This document shows positions 16,916 to 27,700 of a stretch of DNA of 39,476 nt, piece by piece; the first letter of the stretch is position 1; each line of letters starts with the position of its first letter. The stretch lies in the sequence record SRR20825010_854; one strand, 5' to 3'. Position numbers and translations under genes: made by a program. The notes below the pieces were generated by a model. That model worked only from the letters and a program-made list of their open reading frames with translations. It was not told where the DNA came from and ran no database searches.

Positions 16916-18526
16916 ATGACCACCGCCAGTGACGCCATGCCCCGCTACGCCCCGGAAATCGACAACGAGGGGTTCGTCCCGCTTCCCCAACGCCTGCAGC
17001 ACTGGGCGAACACCCAGGGCGACACACCGGCACTGTACGATGAAAGCGGCATGCTCACCTGGCGGCAGCTGGTGAACAACGTCAACCAGGTGGCCAACCA
17101 GTTGATCGACGCAGGCCTGCAACCGGGCGACACGGTTACCGGCCTGTCCGAAAACAGCGCCCGCTACCTGACCCTGTTTCTGGGCACCCTCACCGCTGGC
17201 GGCTGCATGGTGCCGCTCTCCGGCATGGCAGCCGGCGACACCCTGGCGCTGATGATCAACGATTGCGACGCCCGCTTCCTGTTCGTCTCCGACAAGCATC
17301 GTACCCTGATTGACCCCTTGCTGGGCGAGCTGGCCAGCATTCCCCAGGAGCACCGCTTCAGCCTGGATTTTCAAGCACCAGGATGGCGAGCCTTTGATAA
17401 CTGGGTTGCTGGCAGCCGCACCGCCGCACCGGACCACCATCCGCAACCGGACGACCCGTTCAATATCATCTACAGTTCCGGCACCACCGGCGTGCCCAAA
17501 GGCATTTTGCATGACCACCGCATGCGCGCCCGTCAGCTGGAACGGGTCACCGAACTTGGGTACGACCAGAACGCCGTCGCGCTGGTCTCAACACCGCTCT
17601 ATTCCAATACCACGCTAGTGTGCGTTCTCCCGACGCTATTCGCCGGCGGCACCCTGATCACCATGGCCAAATTTCACAGCCAGCGTTACCTGGAACTGGC
17701 CGAGCAACACCGCGTCACCCACACCATGTTAGTGCCTGTGCAATATCAACGGCTGCTGGATGACCCGGCGTTTGACCGCTTCGACCTGAGCAGCTTCAAG
17801 GTGAAATTCTCCACCAGTGCCCCCCTGCGCGCGCCGTTGATTGCCGATGCCATGGCACGCTGGCCGGGTAATCTGGTCGAGTTCTATGGACTCACCGAAG
17901 GGGGTCTGTCCACGGTCCTCAACTGTGCCGAGCATCCGGATAAATGGGCCACCGTGGGGCAACCGGGCGAAGGCTGCGAAGTGCACATCATCAACGAGGA
18001 TCTGGAGGAACTGCCTTCCGGAGAAATTGGCGAAATCGTGGGCCGCAGCAGTGCCATGATGCGCGGCTATTACAAGCGCGAGGACAAGACCGAAGAGCTG
18101 CTCTGGACCCGTGCCGACGGTGCCGTGTTCTATCGCACCGGTGACATGGGCCGGCTCGACAGTGACGGCTTCCTGTCAGTGCTGGATCGCCGCAAGGACA
18201 TGATTATTTCCGGGGGCTTCAATATCTACGCCGAAGACCTGGAAAAAACCCTGCTCAGCCACGACGACATCACCGATGCCGCAGTGATCGCCATTCCCAG
18301 CCGCCAGTGGGGCGAAACCCCGCTGGGGCTGGTGGTGTTGCGCGAGGGTTGCAATACCGACCTGACCACCCTTTGTGACTGGGCCAACCAGCAACTGGGC
18401 AAAGCCCAGCGGCTGTCCGCACTGGAACAACGGGACCACCTGCCGCGCAGCACCATCGGCAAGATTCTTAAACGGGAACTGCGCGATCCTTATTGGCAGG
18501 AACAACCGCAACAAGCTCGCGGTTAA
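16916..18526 (+). CDS. Acyl-CoA synthetase / AMP-binding enzyme
   Basis: IIYSSGTTGVPKG, FYGLTEG, YRTGDMG, DRRKDMIISGGFNIY, LPRSTIGKILKREL; AAGGAG RBS. Confidence 0.93.
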   Translation: MTTASDAMPRYAPEIDNEGFVPLPQRLQHWANTQGDTPALYDESGMLTWRQLVNNVNQVANQLIDAGLQPGDTVTGLSENSARYLTLFLGTLTAGGCMVPLSGMAAGDTLALMINDCDARFLFVSDKHRTLIDPLLGELASIPQEHRFSLDFQAPGWRAFDNWVAGSRTAAPDHHPQPDDPFNIIYSSGTTGVPKGILHDHRMRARQLERVTELGYDQNAVALVSTPLYSNTTLVCVLPTLFAGGTLITMAKFHSQRYLELAEQHRVTHTMLVPVQYQRLLDDPAFDRFDLSSFKVKFSTSAPLRAPLIADAMARWPGNLVEFYGLTEGGLSTVLNCAEHPDKWATVGQPGEGCEVHIINEDLEELPSGEIGEIVGRSSAMMRGYYKREDKTEELLWTRADGAVFYRTGDMGRLDSDGFLSVLDRRKDMIISGGFNIYAEDLEKTLLSHDDITDAAVIAIPSRQWGETPLGLVVLREGCNTDLTTLCDWANQQLGKAQRLSALEQRDHLPRSTIGKILKRELRDPYWQEQPQQARG

Positions 18527-18565
18527 CCATCAGCGCCCCGGTCACGCACCGGGGCAACGATCGCG

Positions 18566-19987
18566 CTACAGAAACCGTTCAATCGGCAAGCGCGCCAGCA
18601 ACCAGGCAGCCAGCCAGCGGCCGATGCTGACTCGCGGCTCCCGGTGCAGCACTTCCGGGGTGCCATCGCTGCCGTCCGCAGCCCAGGTTAACCGGCCCGC
18701 TTCACGGGATACCCGGAAACTGTTTTCCGGCGCCAGCCCTTCTTCAATAAACGCGGCCACCTGCTGCCCCAGCTCCTCCGACGCGACGTAATAGCCCATC
18801 TCGGTATTCAGATGCACCGAGCGTGGATCAATATTGAACGAACCGACAAACACTTCGCGACGATCCAGCACCATGGCCTTGGTATGCAGACTGGCCTGGG
18901 AGCGGCCTTTGAACAGGCGCACTTGCCGATGCAACGCACGGGCATTGGGCTGTAATTCATGCAACTCCACTCCGGCCGCTAACAACCCGGAACGATAGCG
19001 CGCATAGGCGCCGTGGGCGGCAATCACATCATTGGTGGCCAGACTATTGGTCAGCACGGCAGCACGCCCGCCACGCCGCCGGAAGCCGGCAAGCGCGTCC
19101 ACAAAATCATTGCCCGGAATGAAGTAGCTGGCTTCCATCAATAATTCCTGGTGATCTTGCCGGCCCAGCAGGCTGGCCAGCTGATCCCCCATCAATGTCT
19201 GTCTGGCGCCGCTGGCCTTGTCCGGGCTATCGAACAACAACACCGCTGGCGCCTGCACACACTGGCGTTCCTGCTTTTCCAGATAGTCTGTAAAAAATTT
19301 TTCGTGTTGGGGGAACAAGTAAGGATAGCCTTTCAGGGACCTGCGCCAGTGCGCCAGCCACCGCCAGACTCCTTCGGCGGTGGCTTCGGTGCGACGCCGG
19401 TAACTTTTCATCGGCACGGCCAGCGGGCTGTGCCAGAACGCCTCAAACGCCGCACGGGTATCCGCCACGATCGGGCCATGGGCATACAGATCCAGGTCAC
19501 GGAAATTGGTGGACGCATTCACCCCAAAATAATGGTCCGCAATATTTCGCCCGCCCACCAGCGCCCGCTCCCCATCCATGATCCAAGCCTTGTTGTGCAT
19601 GCGGTGGTTCAGGCGCGGCGCATGGTAGAGCCATTGCAGAAAATGCTTATAGCGTCCCTTGAACGGATTGAACAATCGCACCTGAATATTGGGATGCGCA
19701 TCCAGCGCCGCCCACTTCACATCCCGGCCCAACTGGTTGGCATGATCCAGCAACATGCGCACCTTCACACCCCGCCGCGCCGCCTCCAGCAAACGATAGA
19801 TCAGCAGCTTGCCGGTGGTGTCGTCATCCCAGATGTAGTACTGCACATCCAGCGAGCGCTTCGCCAGCCGCGCCAGGGTGACTCGCAGGGTGAACGCCTG
19901 ATCGCTGTCGGCAACCAACGACAGGCGTGACGATTCAGGCCCTGTCCGGGCCGGCGCTCGGGTGGTACTTGGCATGCCATGTCCCAT
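18566..19987 (-). CDS. Phospholipase D family protein (ClsC/YmdC-like)
   Basis: Two HKD motifs (HNKAWIMD, HTKAMVLD), SLDVQYYIW, GGRNIADHYF, TNSLATND, GSFNIDPRS; exact start uncertain. Confidence 0.9.
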   Translation of the reverse strand: MGHGMPSTTRAPARTGPESSRLSLVADSDQAFTLRVTLARLAKRSLDVQYYIWDDDTTGKLLIYRLLEAARRGVKVRMLLDHANQLGRDVKWAALDAHPNIQVRLFNPFKGRYKHFLQWLYHAPRLNHRMHNKAWIMDGERALVGGRNIADHYFGVNASTNFRDLDLYAHGPIVADTRAAFEAFWHSPLAVPMKSYRRRTEATAEGVWRWLAHWRRSLKGYPYLFPQHEKFFTDYLEKQERQCVQAPAVLLFDSPDKASGARQTLMGDQLASLLGRQDHQELLMEASYFIPGNDFVDALAGFRRRGGRAAVLTNSLATNDVIAAHGAYARYRSGLLAAGVELHELQPNARALHRQVRLFKGRSQASLHTKAMVLDRREVFVGSFNIDPRSVHLNTEMGYYVASEELGQQVAAFIEEGLAPENSFRVSREAGRLTWAADGSDGTPEVLHREPRVSIGRWLAAWLLARLPIERFL

Positions 19988-20044
19988 TCAAACGTGATGT
20001 TGAACACCTTGCAGTAAAGCCCTGAACAGGACAAGAAAAAGCCA

Positions 20045-20890
20045 TTAGCGTAACGGTTCGTCATGTCTTACCCGAAGAAAACTGGCAAAGCGGGGTAATT
20101 CGTTAGCCGTTAGCCCGTAGTATTTATAGGTCACTGTCGCCCCGATCGGGGGCGGTCTTTGCCGTTGCGCGTCACTGAACCCGGAGCCCAGTTTGAAACG
20201 GCGCCCGGCTTCATCCTGCACCACCAACGCCCCCAGCATGCCCCGGTACTTGCCTTTCCCTTCCGTGTGGCCAACCACCACGGCTTCCGCATCCTGGTAC
20301 GTCTTCACTTTCAGAATCGCATCACTGCGCCCCGCCTGGTACAGGCTGTCCCCGTGATGCAGCATCAGCCCTTCACCTCCCGCCGCCATGACCTTGTCCA
20401 GCCGCTGCAACAGTGCCGCGTGACTGGACGCGGGCTGCTGCTCTATTACGGAAAACGTATAGGCATTACTGGCTGACGCCAGCGCCTTCATTTGTTGAAT
20501 ACGCTGCGAGAAGGGCGCGTCACTGGCGGGCAGATCAAACACCTTGTATCGAATCTGCCGCCACTCCTTTGCATCGGGTTGCAACCGGCGTACCGCAGCA
20601 GACACCTCCGCAAAACGCCCATGCCCCATCCACAGCTCTCCGTCCATGGGTGTATCAGGGTAGCCGCGCACAAACCAGGACGGCGCATTAATCACATGGC
20701 CCCCTTTGCTAATCAACTGCTCCCCATTCCAGTAGGCCCGCACCCCGTCCAGCTTTTCGCTGACCCAGTACCCCTGCAACGCCATTCCTTTCTCATAGGT
20801 CTGCGCCAGCTGCAATGCCGGCCCCTGTGCCAGGCACCACCCGGCAATCATCCACAGGCCAATAATGGCCAGCCCTTGCCTGCTCTTCAC
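20045..20890 (-). CDS. Minimal ATP-dependent DNA ligase (Lig E type) with N-terminal signal-like segment
   Basis: SEKLDGVRAYW (adenylated Lys), DGELW, VFDLP, EGLML, LKVK, OB domain FKLGSGFSD..PRFASF; hydrophobic N-terminus ending CLA-Q; GAGGA RBS before GTG. Confidence 0.9.
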   Translation of the reverse strand: MKSRQGLAIIGLWMIAGWCLAQGPALQLAQTYEKGMALQGYWVSEKLDGVRAYWNGEQLISKGGHVINAPSWFVRGYPDTPMDGELWMGHGRFAEVSAAVRRLQPDAKEWRQIRYKVFDLPASDAPFSQRIQQMKALASASNAYTFSVIEQQPASSHAALLQRLDKVMAAGGEGLMLHHGDSLYQAGRSDAILKVKTYQDAEAVVVGHTEGKGKYRGMLGALVVQDEAGRRFKLGSGFSDAQRQRPPPIGATVTYKYYGLTANELPRFASFLRVRHDEPLR

Positions 20891-21036
20891 GGCATCCTCC
20901 TTAGTCTATGTCAGGCTGAGACCATGACAGATTCCGGCTGCGGGTCCTGTCCGCTTGCGCATACCGCTTCTGTAAGTCATAACGGTTTGCAACAAATCGC
21001 GACCGGCTGCATCCAACAGGCAGGAGGTAAGCAATT

Positions 21037-22098
21037 ATGCGAGTTATTACATTAATGGGACTGCTGGTTATCAGCGCACCGTCCCTGGCCGCCGAGGCCT
21101 ATTTTGCCGGTGGCTGCTTCTGGTGCACCGAGTCCGACTTTGAACAGCTGGACGGCGTGAGCGAAGCCATTAGTGGCTATGCCGGCGGTGACGAGGCCAA
21201 CCCCAGCTATGAGCAGGTGGCATCCGGCAGCACCGGGCACACCGAGGCGGTGAAGGTGATCTACGATCCCGAGGTGGTCAGCTATGCCAATCTGGTGACC
21301 TGGTTATGGCAACACATTGATCCCACCGATGCGAACGGACAATTTGTGGACCGTGGCACGCAGTACCGTAGCGAAATTTTTTACCAAACCGCTGACGAGA
21401 AAAAAATCGCCGAAGCGTCACGGACCGCCCTGGAAAAAAGCGGCCGTTTCGATAAACCCATCGTTACCCAGGTCACCAAGCTGGACACTTTCTACCCGGC
21501 TGAAGACTACCATCAGGATTACTACAAAACGCATTCCATCAAGTACAAGTATTACCGCTATCGCTCCGGCCGGGACCAGTTCCTGGAGAAACACTGGGAT
21601 GATCCGAGCCACCGACCCTGGCTTGAAAAAAATGTCACCCAATCATGGCAAGGGCCGGATAATTTTGAACGCCCCAGCGATGACGAACTGAAAAAATCCT
21701 TGCCGGAACTGGTCTACAAGGTCACCCGCGAAGACGCCACCGAACGTGCCTTCCAGAACCGTTACTGGGACAACAAGGCCGCAGGCATTTATGTGGATGT
21801 GATCAGTGGCGAGCCGCTATTCTCCTCAAAGGACAAATACAAGTCCGGCACCGGCTGGCCCAGCTTTACCCAGCCCATTGATAAATCCTTTATCACCGTG
21901 CACGAGGACAACAGCCTGTTCACCACCCGCACGGAAGTGCGCAGCCGCTATGCGGACTCTCACCTTGGCCACGTTTTCGGTGACGGCCCTGCGCCCACCG
22001 GTAAGCGCTGGTGCATGAACTCCGCCGCAATGCGGTTTGTTCCCGTCGATCAAATGGCGGAACAGGGTTACGAGAAATACCTCTCTTTATTTGAATAA
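21037..22098 (+). CDS. msrAB: Exported bifunctional peptide methionine sulfoxide reductase MsrA-MsrB
   Basis: Signal peptide (SLA-A); MsrA FAGGCFWC and AEDYHQDYY; MsrB GWPSF, HLGHVF, RWCMNS; AGGAGG RBS. Confidence 0.93.
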   Translation: MRVITLMGLLVISAPSLAAEAYFAGGCFWCTESDFEQLDGVSEAISGYAGGDEANPSYEQVASGSTGHTEAVKVIYDPEVVSYANLVTWLWQHIDPTDANGQFVDRGTQYRSEIFYQTADEKKIAEASRTALEKSGRFDKPIVTQVTKLDTFYPAEDYHQDYYKTHSIKYKYYRYRSGRDQFLEKHWDDPSHRPWLEKNVTQSWQGPDNFERPSDDELKKSLPELVYKVTREDATERAFQNRYWDNKAAGIYVDVISGEPLFSSKDKYKSGTGWPSFTQPIDKSFITVHEDNSLFTTRTEVRSRYADSHLGHVFGDGPAPTGKRWCMNSAAMRFVPVDQMAEQGYEKYLSLFE

Positions 22099-22107
22099 AT
22101 GCAACGT

Positions 22108-22145
22108 AAAAAAAGCGCGAACAAGCCTTTTGTTCGCGCTTTTTT
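22108..22145. terminator. Bidirectional Rho-independent terminator
   Basis: A7-gcgcgaacaa...ttgttcgcgc-T run between convergent genes. Confidence 0.9.
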
Positions 22146-22170
22146 ATGCCAGATTTTTTCGTTTTTCCTA

Positions 22171-23103
22171 TTACTTTTTTCTCAACTTCCCTGCCCCAGT
22201 GACCAGCAGCAACAGGACGCTTCCGGCAATAATACCCAATACCAGATTGGCCAGCATGGGCGCCACAACACTGAGCATTCCTGACAACGGCAATAACGCC
22301 ATGGCGTCGTCCAGATGATGCAGGGCATCGTGGCTACCCGGTAAGCCGTGAAGCAAAATACCGCCCCCTACCAGGAACATGGCCGCCGTACCGGCGATAG
22401 AAAGAAATTTCATTAGCCGTGGCGAAAAGCCCACCAGCATTTTTCCCAGTGCTTCGCGAACTTTTCCGCCTTTCTCCCTGGCCGTTTCGATCAGGTGCAA
22501 ACCCGCGTCATCCATTTTCACGATGCCGGCCACCAGGCCGTACACGCCAATCGTCATGCCGATGGCAATAATACTGACCACCATCACTTGCTGCACGAAA
22601 GGTGCAGCTTGCACTGTACCCAGGGCGATCACGATGATTTCTGCAGAAAGGATAAAATCCGTGCGCACTGCGCCTTTAATCTTGTTCTTCTCAAACGCAA
22701 CCAGATCCACATTCGGATCTGCCATGGCCTTGAGCTTTTCCTCATGCTTGCGGGCATCCTCTTTGCCATGGAAAAAGGTATGCGCCAGTTTTTCTACCCC
22801 TTCGTAACACAGGTAGGCCCCACCGAGCATCAGCAGCGGCGTAATCAACCAGGGTAAAAAAGCACTGATCAACAGCGCCGAAGGTACCAGGATAAACTTG
22901 TTGCGCATGGAGCCTTTGGCTACCGCCCAGACCACCGGCAACTCACGTTCCGCACGAACGCCGGAGGTCTGCTCCGCATTCAACGCCAGATCATCCCCCA
23001 ATACCCCGGCGGTTTTTTTTGCCGCCACCTTGGTCATTACCGATACATCGTCAAGCACCGCTGCGATGTCATCGAGCAACATTAATAAACTGGTTCCAGC
23101 CAC
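22171..23103 (-). CDS. DUF808 (YedI-like) inner membrane protein
   Basis: LLDDIAAVLDDVSVMTKVAAKKTAGVLGDDLALNA, RELPVVWAVAKGS, GAVRTDFILSAEI. Confidence 0.9.
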   Translation of the reverse strand: MAGTSLLMLLDDIAAVLDDVSVMTKVAAKKTAGVLGDDLALNAEQTSGVRAERELPVVWAVAKGSMRNKFILVPSALLISAFLPWLITPLLMLGGAYLCYEGVEKLAHTFFHGKEDARKHEEKLKAMADPNVDLVAFEKNKIKGAVRTDFILSAEIIVIALGTVQAAPFVQQVMVVSIIAIGMTIGVYGLVAGIVKMDDAGLHLIETAREKGGKVREALGKMLVGFSPRLMKFLSIAGTAAMFLVGGGILLHGLPGSHDALHHLDDAMALLPLSGMLSVVAPMLANLVLGIIAGSVLLLLVTGAGKLRKK

Positions 23104-23157
23104 GTTATCTATCCTTGTAAATGGAGTTGTGCCTCAACAATTATCTCGCCAAGACTA

Positions 23158-24522
23158 TCACGCCTCGACGTTCTCTTTATTTGGCAGCGGCAAGCGAGGC
23201 CGGTTAATGGCGATCGCCGCGATACCGGCAATGGCCAATGCCCAGCAATAATGGATGGACCCGATCAGCGCCAGAGGGGACAGCTTGGCAATGGAGCACG
23301 CCAGCAATACCTGCGCGCCGTAGGGAATCAGTCCCTGTACCACACAGGAAAAGATATCCAGCAAACTGGCCGAGCGACGCAGATCCACGCCGTGATCATT
23401 GGCAATGTCTCGTGCCATCTCGCCGGTGAGCACGATGGCCACGGTGTTGTTGGCCACGAACACATTGGCAAACACCACCAGCAGCGCAATACCCACTTCA
23501 CCAGCCCGCTGCAGGGGCAATCTGAGCCAGCGAGTCAGGCCGTGGATGCGCTCAATCACCCAGCGGGTGCCGCCCTGATCAGTCATCAGCTGGGACAAGC
23601 CACCAATCAACATGGACAGCAGCATGATCTCGAACATACCTTCGAAGCCCGTGTAGATGGCTCCGTTCATGCTCGCGAGTGTGTAGTCCGGCATCATCAC
23701 CATGCCGGTCACGCCTGCCGTGACGATGCCCACGATCAGTACCGCCAGCACATTCAGGCCACTGAGCGCCAGCCCGAACACCAGCAGGTAGGGCACCACC
23801 AGCGCAAACCGGAAAGGCTCCGCTTTCACCTGGTGTTCCCCCCCACCCAACACGATTAACAGCAACACGGTCAGCGCCGCCGCCGGCACGGCAATCCAGA
23901 TATTCACGCGGAATTTGTCTTTCAGCGACACACCCTGGCTGCGTGTCGATGCAATGGTGGTATCGGAAATCATCGACAGGTTATCGCCAAACATGGCACC
24001 GCCCACCACTGCACCCAGGGCCAGCGGAACGGACAGTTCCGTGGCCCCGGCGAAGCCAGCGGCAATCGGGGCGGTTGCCGCAATGGTGCCCATGGACGTG
24101 CCCATGGCGGTGGCGATAAAGGCAGAGATCAGAAACAGGGCCGGTAGCACCCACTCGGCTGGAATGATGGTCAGCCCCAGCTGTACGGTGGCCTCCACAC
24201 TGCCAATGCTGTCACTGACGCTGGCAAAGGCACCGGCAAGCAGAAACACCAGACACATAAGCAGCAGATTGGGATGGCCTATGCCTGCCAGCAACCGGTC
24301 CACGCTGGTGTTCACCCTTTGCCCGGCCAGCCGGGCCATGAGCATGGACAACACGATGGCCACCATGGCCACCACCGGTGCCTTGATCTGGTAGAACGCG
24401 AAGTCGGTGCCGGCGGCCGTGTAGTACAGCCCGCTACCCAGGAACACCACCAGAAAGAACAGCAGCGGAATCAGTGGCCAGGCGCGTGGAGAAGGCGCCG
24501 CTGGCGTCATGGGTTCTGTCAT
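23158..24522 (-). CDS. Na+/H+ antiporter NhaC-family transporter (MetT-like subgroup possible)
   Basis: Multi-TM protein with GTSMGTI, GGAMFGDNLSMISDTTI, DKFRVN, ANNTVAI, QGLIPYGAQ. Confidence 0.88.
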   Translation of the reverse strand: MTEPMTPAAPSPRAWPLIPLLFFLVVFLGSGLYYTAAGTDFAFYQIKAPVVAMVAIVLSMLMARLAGQRVNTSVDRLLAGIGHPNLLLMCLVFLLAGAFASVSDSIGSVEATVQLGLTIIPAEWVLPALFLISAFIATAMGTSMGTIAATAPIAAGFAGATELSVPLALGAVVGGAMFGDNLSMISDTTIASTRSQGVSLKDKFRVNIWIAVPAAALTVLLLIVLGGGEHQVKAEPFRFALVVPYLLVFGLALSGLNVLAVLIVGIVTAGVTGMVMMPDYTLASMNGAIYTGFEGMFEIMLLSMLIGGLSQLMTDQGGTRWVIERIHGLTRWLRLPLQRAGEVGIALLVVFANVFVANNTVAIVLTGEMARDIANDHGVDLRRSASLLDIFSCVVQGLIPYGAQVLLACSIAKLSPLALIGSIHYCWALAIAGIAAIAINRPRLPLPNKENVEA

Positions 24523-24627
24523 GGAAGGCCCCGATCAATCAATGGTCGGCCCAGTGTAGGGACTTCCGCATCATGACGGTAGCAAGGCAGCTCTGACCTT
24601 GCCGTAGGAGACAGCCTGCTGGCGATG

Positions 24628-24723
24628 AGAGCCGAGTTTCGAGTTGCGAGAAGCGAGTTTCGAAAGGCAAAGCCCAAAAGCCACTCGGGCCAGGTTTTCG
24701 CAACTCGAAACTCGTCACTCGCT
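24628..24723. repeat. Heptamer-arm inverted-repeat element (CGAG/CTCG class)
   Basis: Left agagccg-agtttcg-agttgcg-agaagcg-agtttcg; right ttttcgc-aactcga-aactcgt-cactcgc; spacer shares agccca and ggttttcgc with the 14988 element. Confidence 0.85.
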
Positions 24724-24730
24724 CCTGCCC

Positions 24731-27700
24731 CTAAAACGTATCCACAAACGGGCGACCACCATGGCGCCCTGTCTGGAATCCGGAGGCATTCAAGCCGCGC
24801 AGCAACCACTGGCGGCTTTCCATGGGATCAATCACCGCATCGATTTCCAGGAAGCTGGCCATGTTCATCGCCTTGCCCTGCTGGTACGCCTTGGCCACCA
24901 GTTTGTCGAACAGCCGCTGCTGTTGTTCCGGCGTGGGCTGCGCTGCCAGCTCCTTGGCAAAACCCAACCGCACCGCCCCTTCCAGGCCCATGGCGCCGAA
25001 CTCGGCACTGGGCCAGGCGGCGGTGAACAACGGCGAATGGAAACTGCCGGCGGCCATGGCCTGGGCGCCCAGGCCGTAGCCCTTGCGCAATACCACGGTG
25101 AAGAACGGCACCGTCAGGCTGGCGGCGGTGACGAACATGCGCGACACATGCCGCACCGTGGCTTGTTTTTCTGCTTCCGGGCCGACCATAAAGCCGGGGG
25201 TATCGCACAGGGACACCATGGGCAGACCAAAGGCCTCGCACAACTGCATAAAGCGCGCAGCCTTGTCGCCACCCACCGCATCGACAGCCCCACCCAAATA
25301 GGCCGGGTCGTTGGCAATCAAGCCGAACGGTTTACCTTCAATGCGCACCAGCGCGGTGATCATGCCCGGCGAAAACGCCTTGCGCAGTTCCAGTACCGAT
25401 CCGCTATCCGCCATGGTTTCAATTACCGCACGCATGTCATAAACACGCGTGCGTTTTTCCGGAATGCGATGGCGCAATTCACGCTGATCCGCTGCCTGCC
25501 AGTCTTTCACTGTGCCCTGGAAATAGGACAGGTACTGCTTGGCCACCGCCACCGCTTCGGCTTCATCTTTCACCCGCACATCCACCACCCCGTTAGGGGC
25601 CTGCACACTCACTGGCCCCACCTGTTCCGGGGTAAAACGGCCCAGGCCACCGCCTTCGATCATGGCCGGCCCGGCCATGCCGATGGAGGCATCTTCTGTG
25701 GCAATGATCACATCGCAGCAACCCAGCAGCGCCGCGTTACCCGCAAAGCAGCGGCCGGAGCCAATACCCACCAACGGCACCTCACCGGACAGTTTCGCCA
25801 TGGCTGCAAAGGTGTGGCAGTCGAGCCCGGCCACGCCGACAAAATCCGTATCCCCGGGCCGCCCCCCTCCGCCTTCAGCAAACAGCACCAGCGGCATTTT
25901 CCATTGCCCGGCCAGCTGCAACAGACGATCGGTTTTCTTGTGGTTCATCATCCCCTGAGTGCCGGCAAACACGGTGTAGTCGTAGCTCAAGGCCATGACA
26001 CGGGCGGCCTGTTCACCAAACGGATCGGCATTGACCGTGCCGGTACCGCCGATCAGGCCATCCGCCGGACTCAGGATCTGCAGCTCTTCTGCACTGCGGC
26101 GGCGACGCTGGGCGGCCAGTGCCATGGCGCCGTATTCCTGAAAACTGTCCGCATCAAGCAGGTCATCGATATTTTCCCGGGCGGTGCGCTTGCCCTTGCT
26201 GTGCCGCTTCTCCACCGCATGCGGACGCCCTTCGTCGCTGATCGTATGGTGTCGATCCAGTACATCAGCCAGATCCTGGCGGATATATTCCAGATCCACA
26301 CTTTCTTCGGTGGCGATGGCATCGCCTTCCACCTCACCCGGCGCTACAAACAACAGCGGTGCCCCTTCACTGATAGCGTCACCCTCATTTACCGCCAGGC
26401 CCTGCACCCGGCCCGCCAACGTGGCACGCACTTCGAATTCCATCTTCATGGCTTCCAGTACGGCTACCACCTGGCCGCCCTGCACCGCCTCACCCACTTG
26501 CACCAGTAACGAGACCAGCACCCCGGTGGTAGGGCTGACCACAGCATCACAGCCGGGAGGCGTCGCCAGTGTCTGCGCTGGCGAGACAGAAGCAGTGGCA
26601 GGTTGCGCCCCTGAAGACGTCTCCGGCAATGCAGTCATCAGCTCAGACAAATGCGCTTCCACAAAACGGGTGGTGACGGTGTTAGCCTGCACCGCATCGC
26701 TACCAAGCAACGCCTGCAACAACGGCAGATTGCTTTGCACGCCGTCAATGCGGGTCTGTTTCAGGGCGCGACGGGCGCGCTGCAGCACCGCTTCATAATT
26801 GGCGCCGCTGACAATCAGTTTGGCCAGCAGGGAATCGTAGGCCGGGCTCACCGCATAACCGGCATACCCATAACCATCCACCCGAATGCCCGGACCATTG
26901 GCCGGCTCATAGGCCGTGAGCGTGCCCACCGCCGGCGTAGTGCTGCCGTCTGCCTTGAGGGTTTCCAGATTCAGGCGCAGCTGCACCGCCATGCCCTCAC
27001 AAATCGGGGCGGTTTCCAAATTCAGATCAGCAAGACTCGCCCCCGCCGCCAGACGAATCTGCGTCTGTACCAGGTCCACCCCGGTAACCTGCTCGGTGAC
27101 GGTATGCTCCACCTGCACTCGGGGGTTGGCTTCCATAAAGAAGTAGCGACCTGCGTCCGGTTCCACCAGAAACTCAAAGGTGCCGATGCCCAGATAGTTC
27201 ACCTCGGCGGCCAGGGTCAGGGCACTGTCGATAATGCGGTCGCGCAGAGCGGGGGCCAGCCCCGGCGCCGGGGCAAACTCCACCAGCTTCTGATGGCGGC
27301 GCTGCAGGGTACAGTCGCGCTCCCACAGATGGCTCACCGCCCCGGAGCCGTCACCCAACACCTGCACTTCGATATGCCGGGCAGCCGTGACCAGCTGCTC
27401 CACATACACCGCCTCGTTGCCAAAAGCCGCTTTCGCTTCCGACTGGCAGCGCTGATACGCCGCTTCCAATGCCGCCGGGTCAGTAACCGCTCGCATACCG
27501 CGCCCGCCACCGCCGCTCAGCGCCTTGATCATCACGCCACTGCCGTCGAGCGATGCCATAAACGTCTGAGCTTCTGTCAGCGTCACCGCCTGAGCCGTGC
27601 CCTGCACCAGCGGCACCTGACACTGCGCCGCCAGCGCCCGGGCCGCCGCCTTGTCGCCAAACAGCCGCAGGGTCTGCGCCCCCGGCCCGATCAGGGTCAG

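Noticed and set aside
24555-24630. Plus-strand AGGGACT...GCAA...GATGAGA resembling a canonical SAM-I riboswitch
   Set aside because: Wrong strand for the transporter, and it lacks the P2/P3 pairings; only the minus-strand leader is kept as a candidate.
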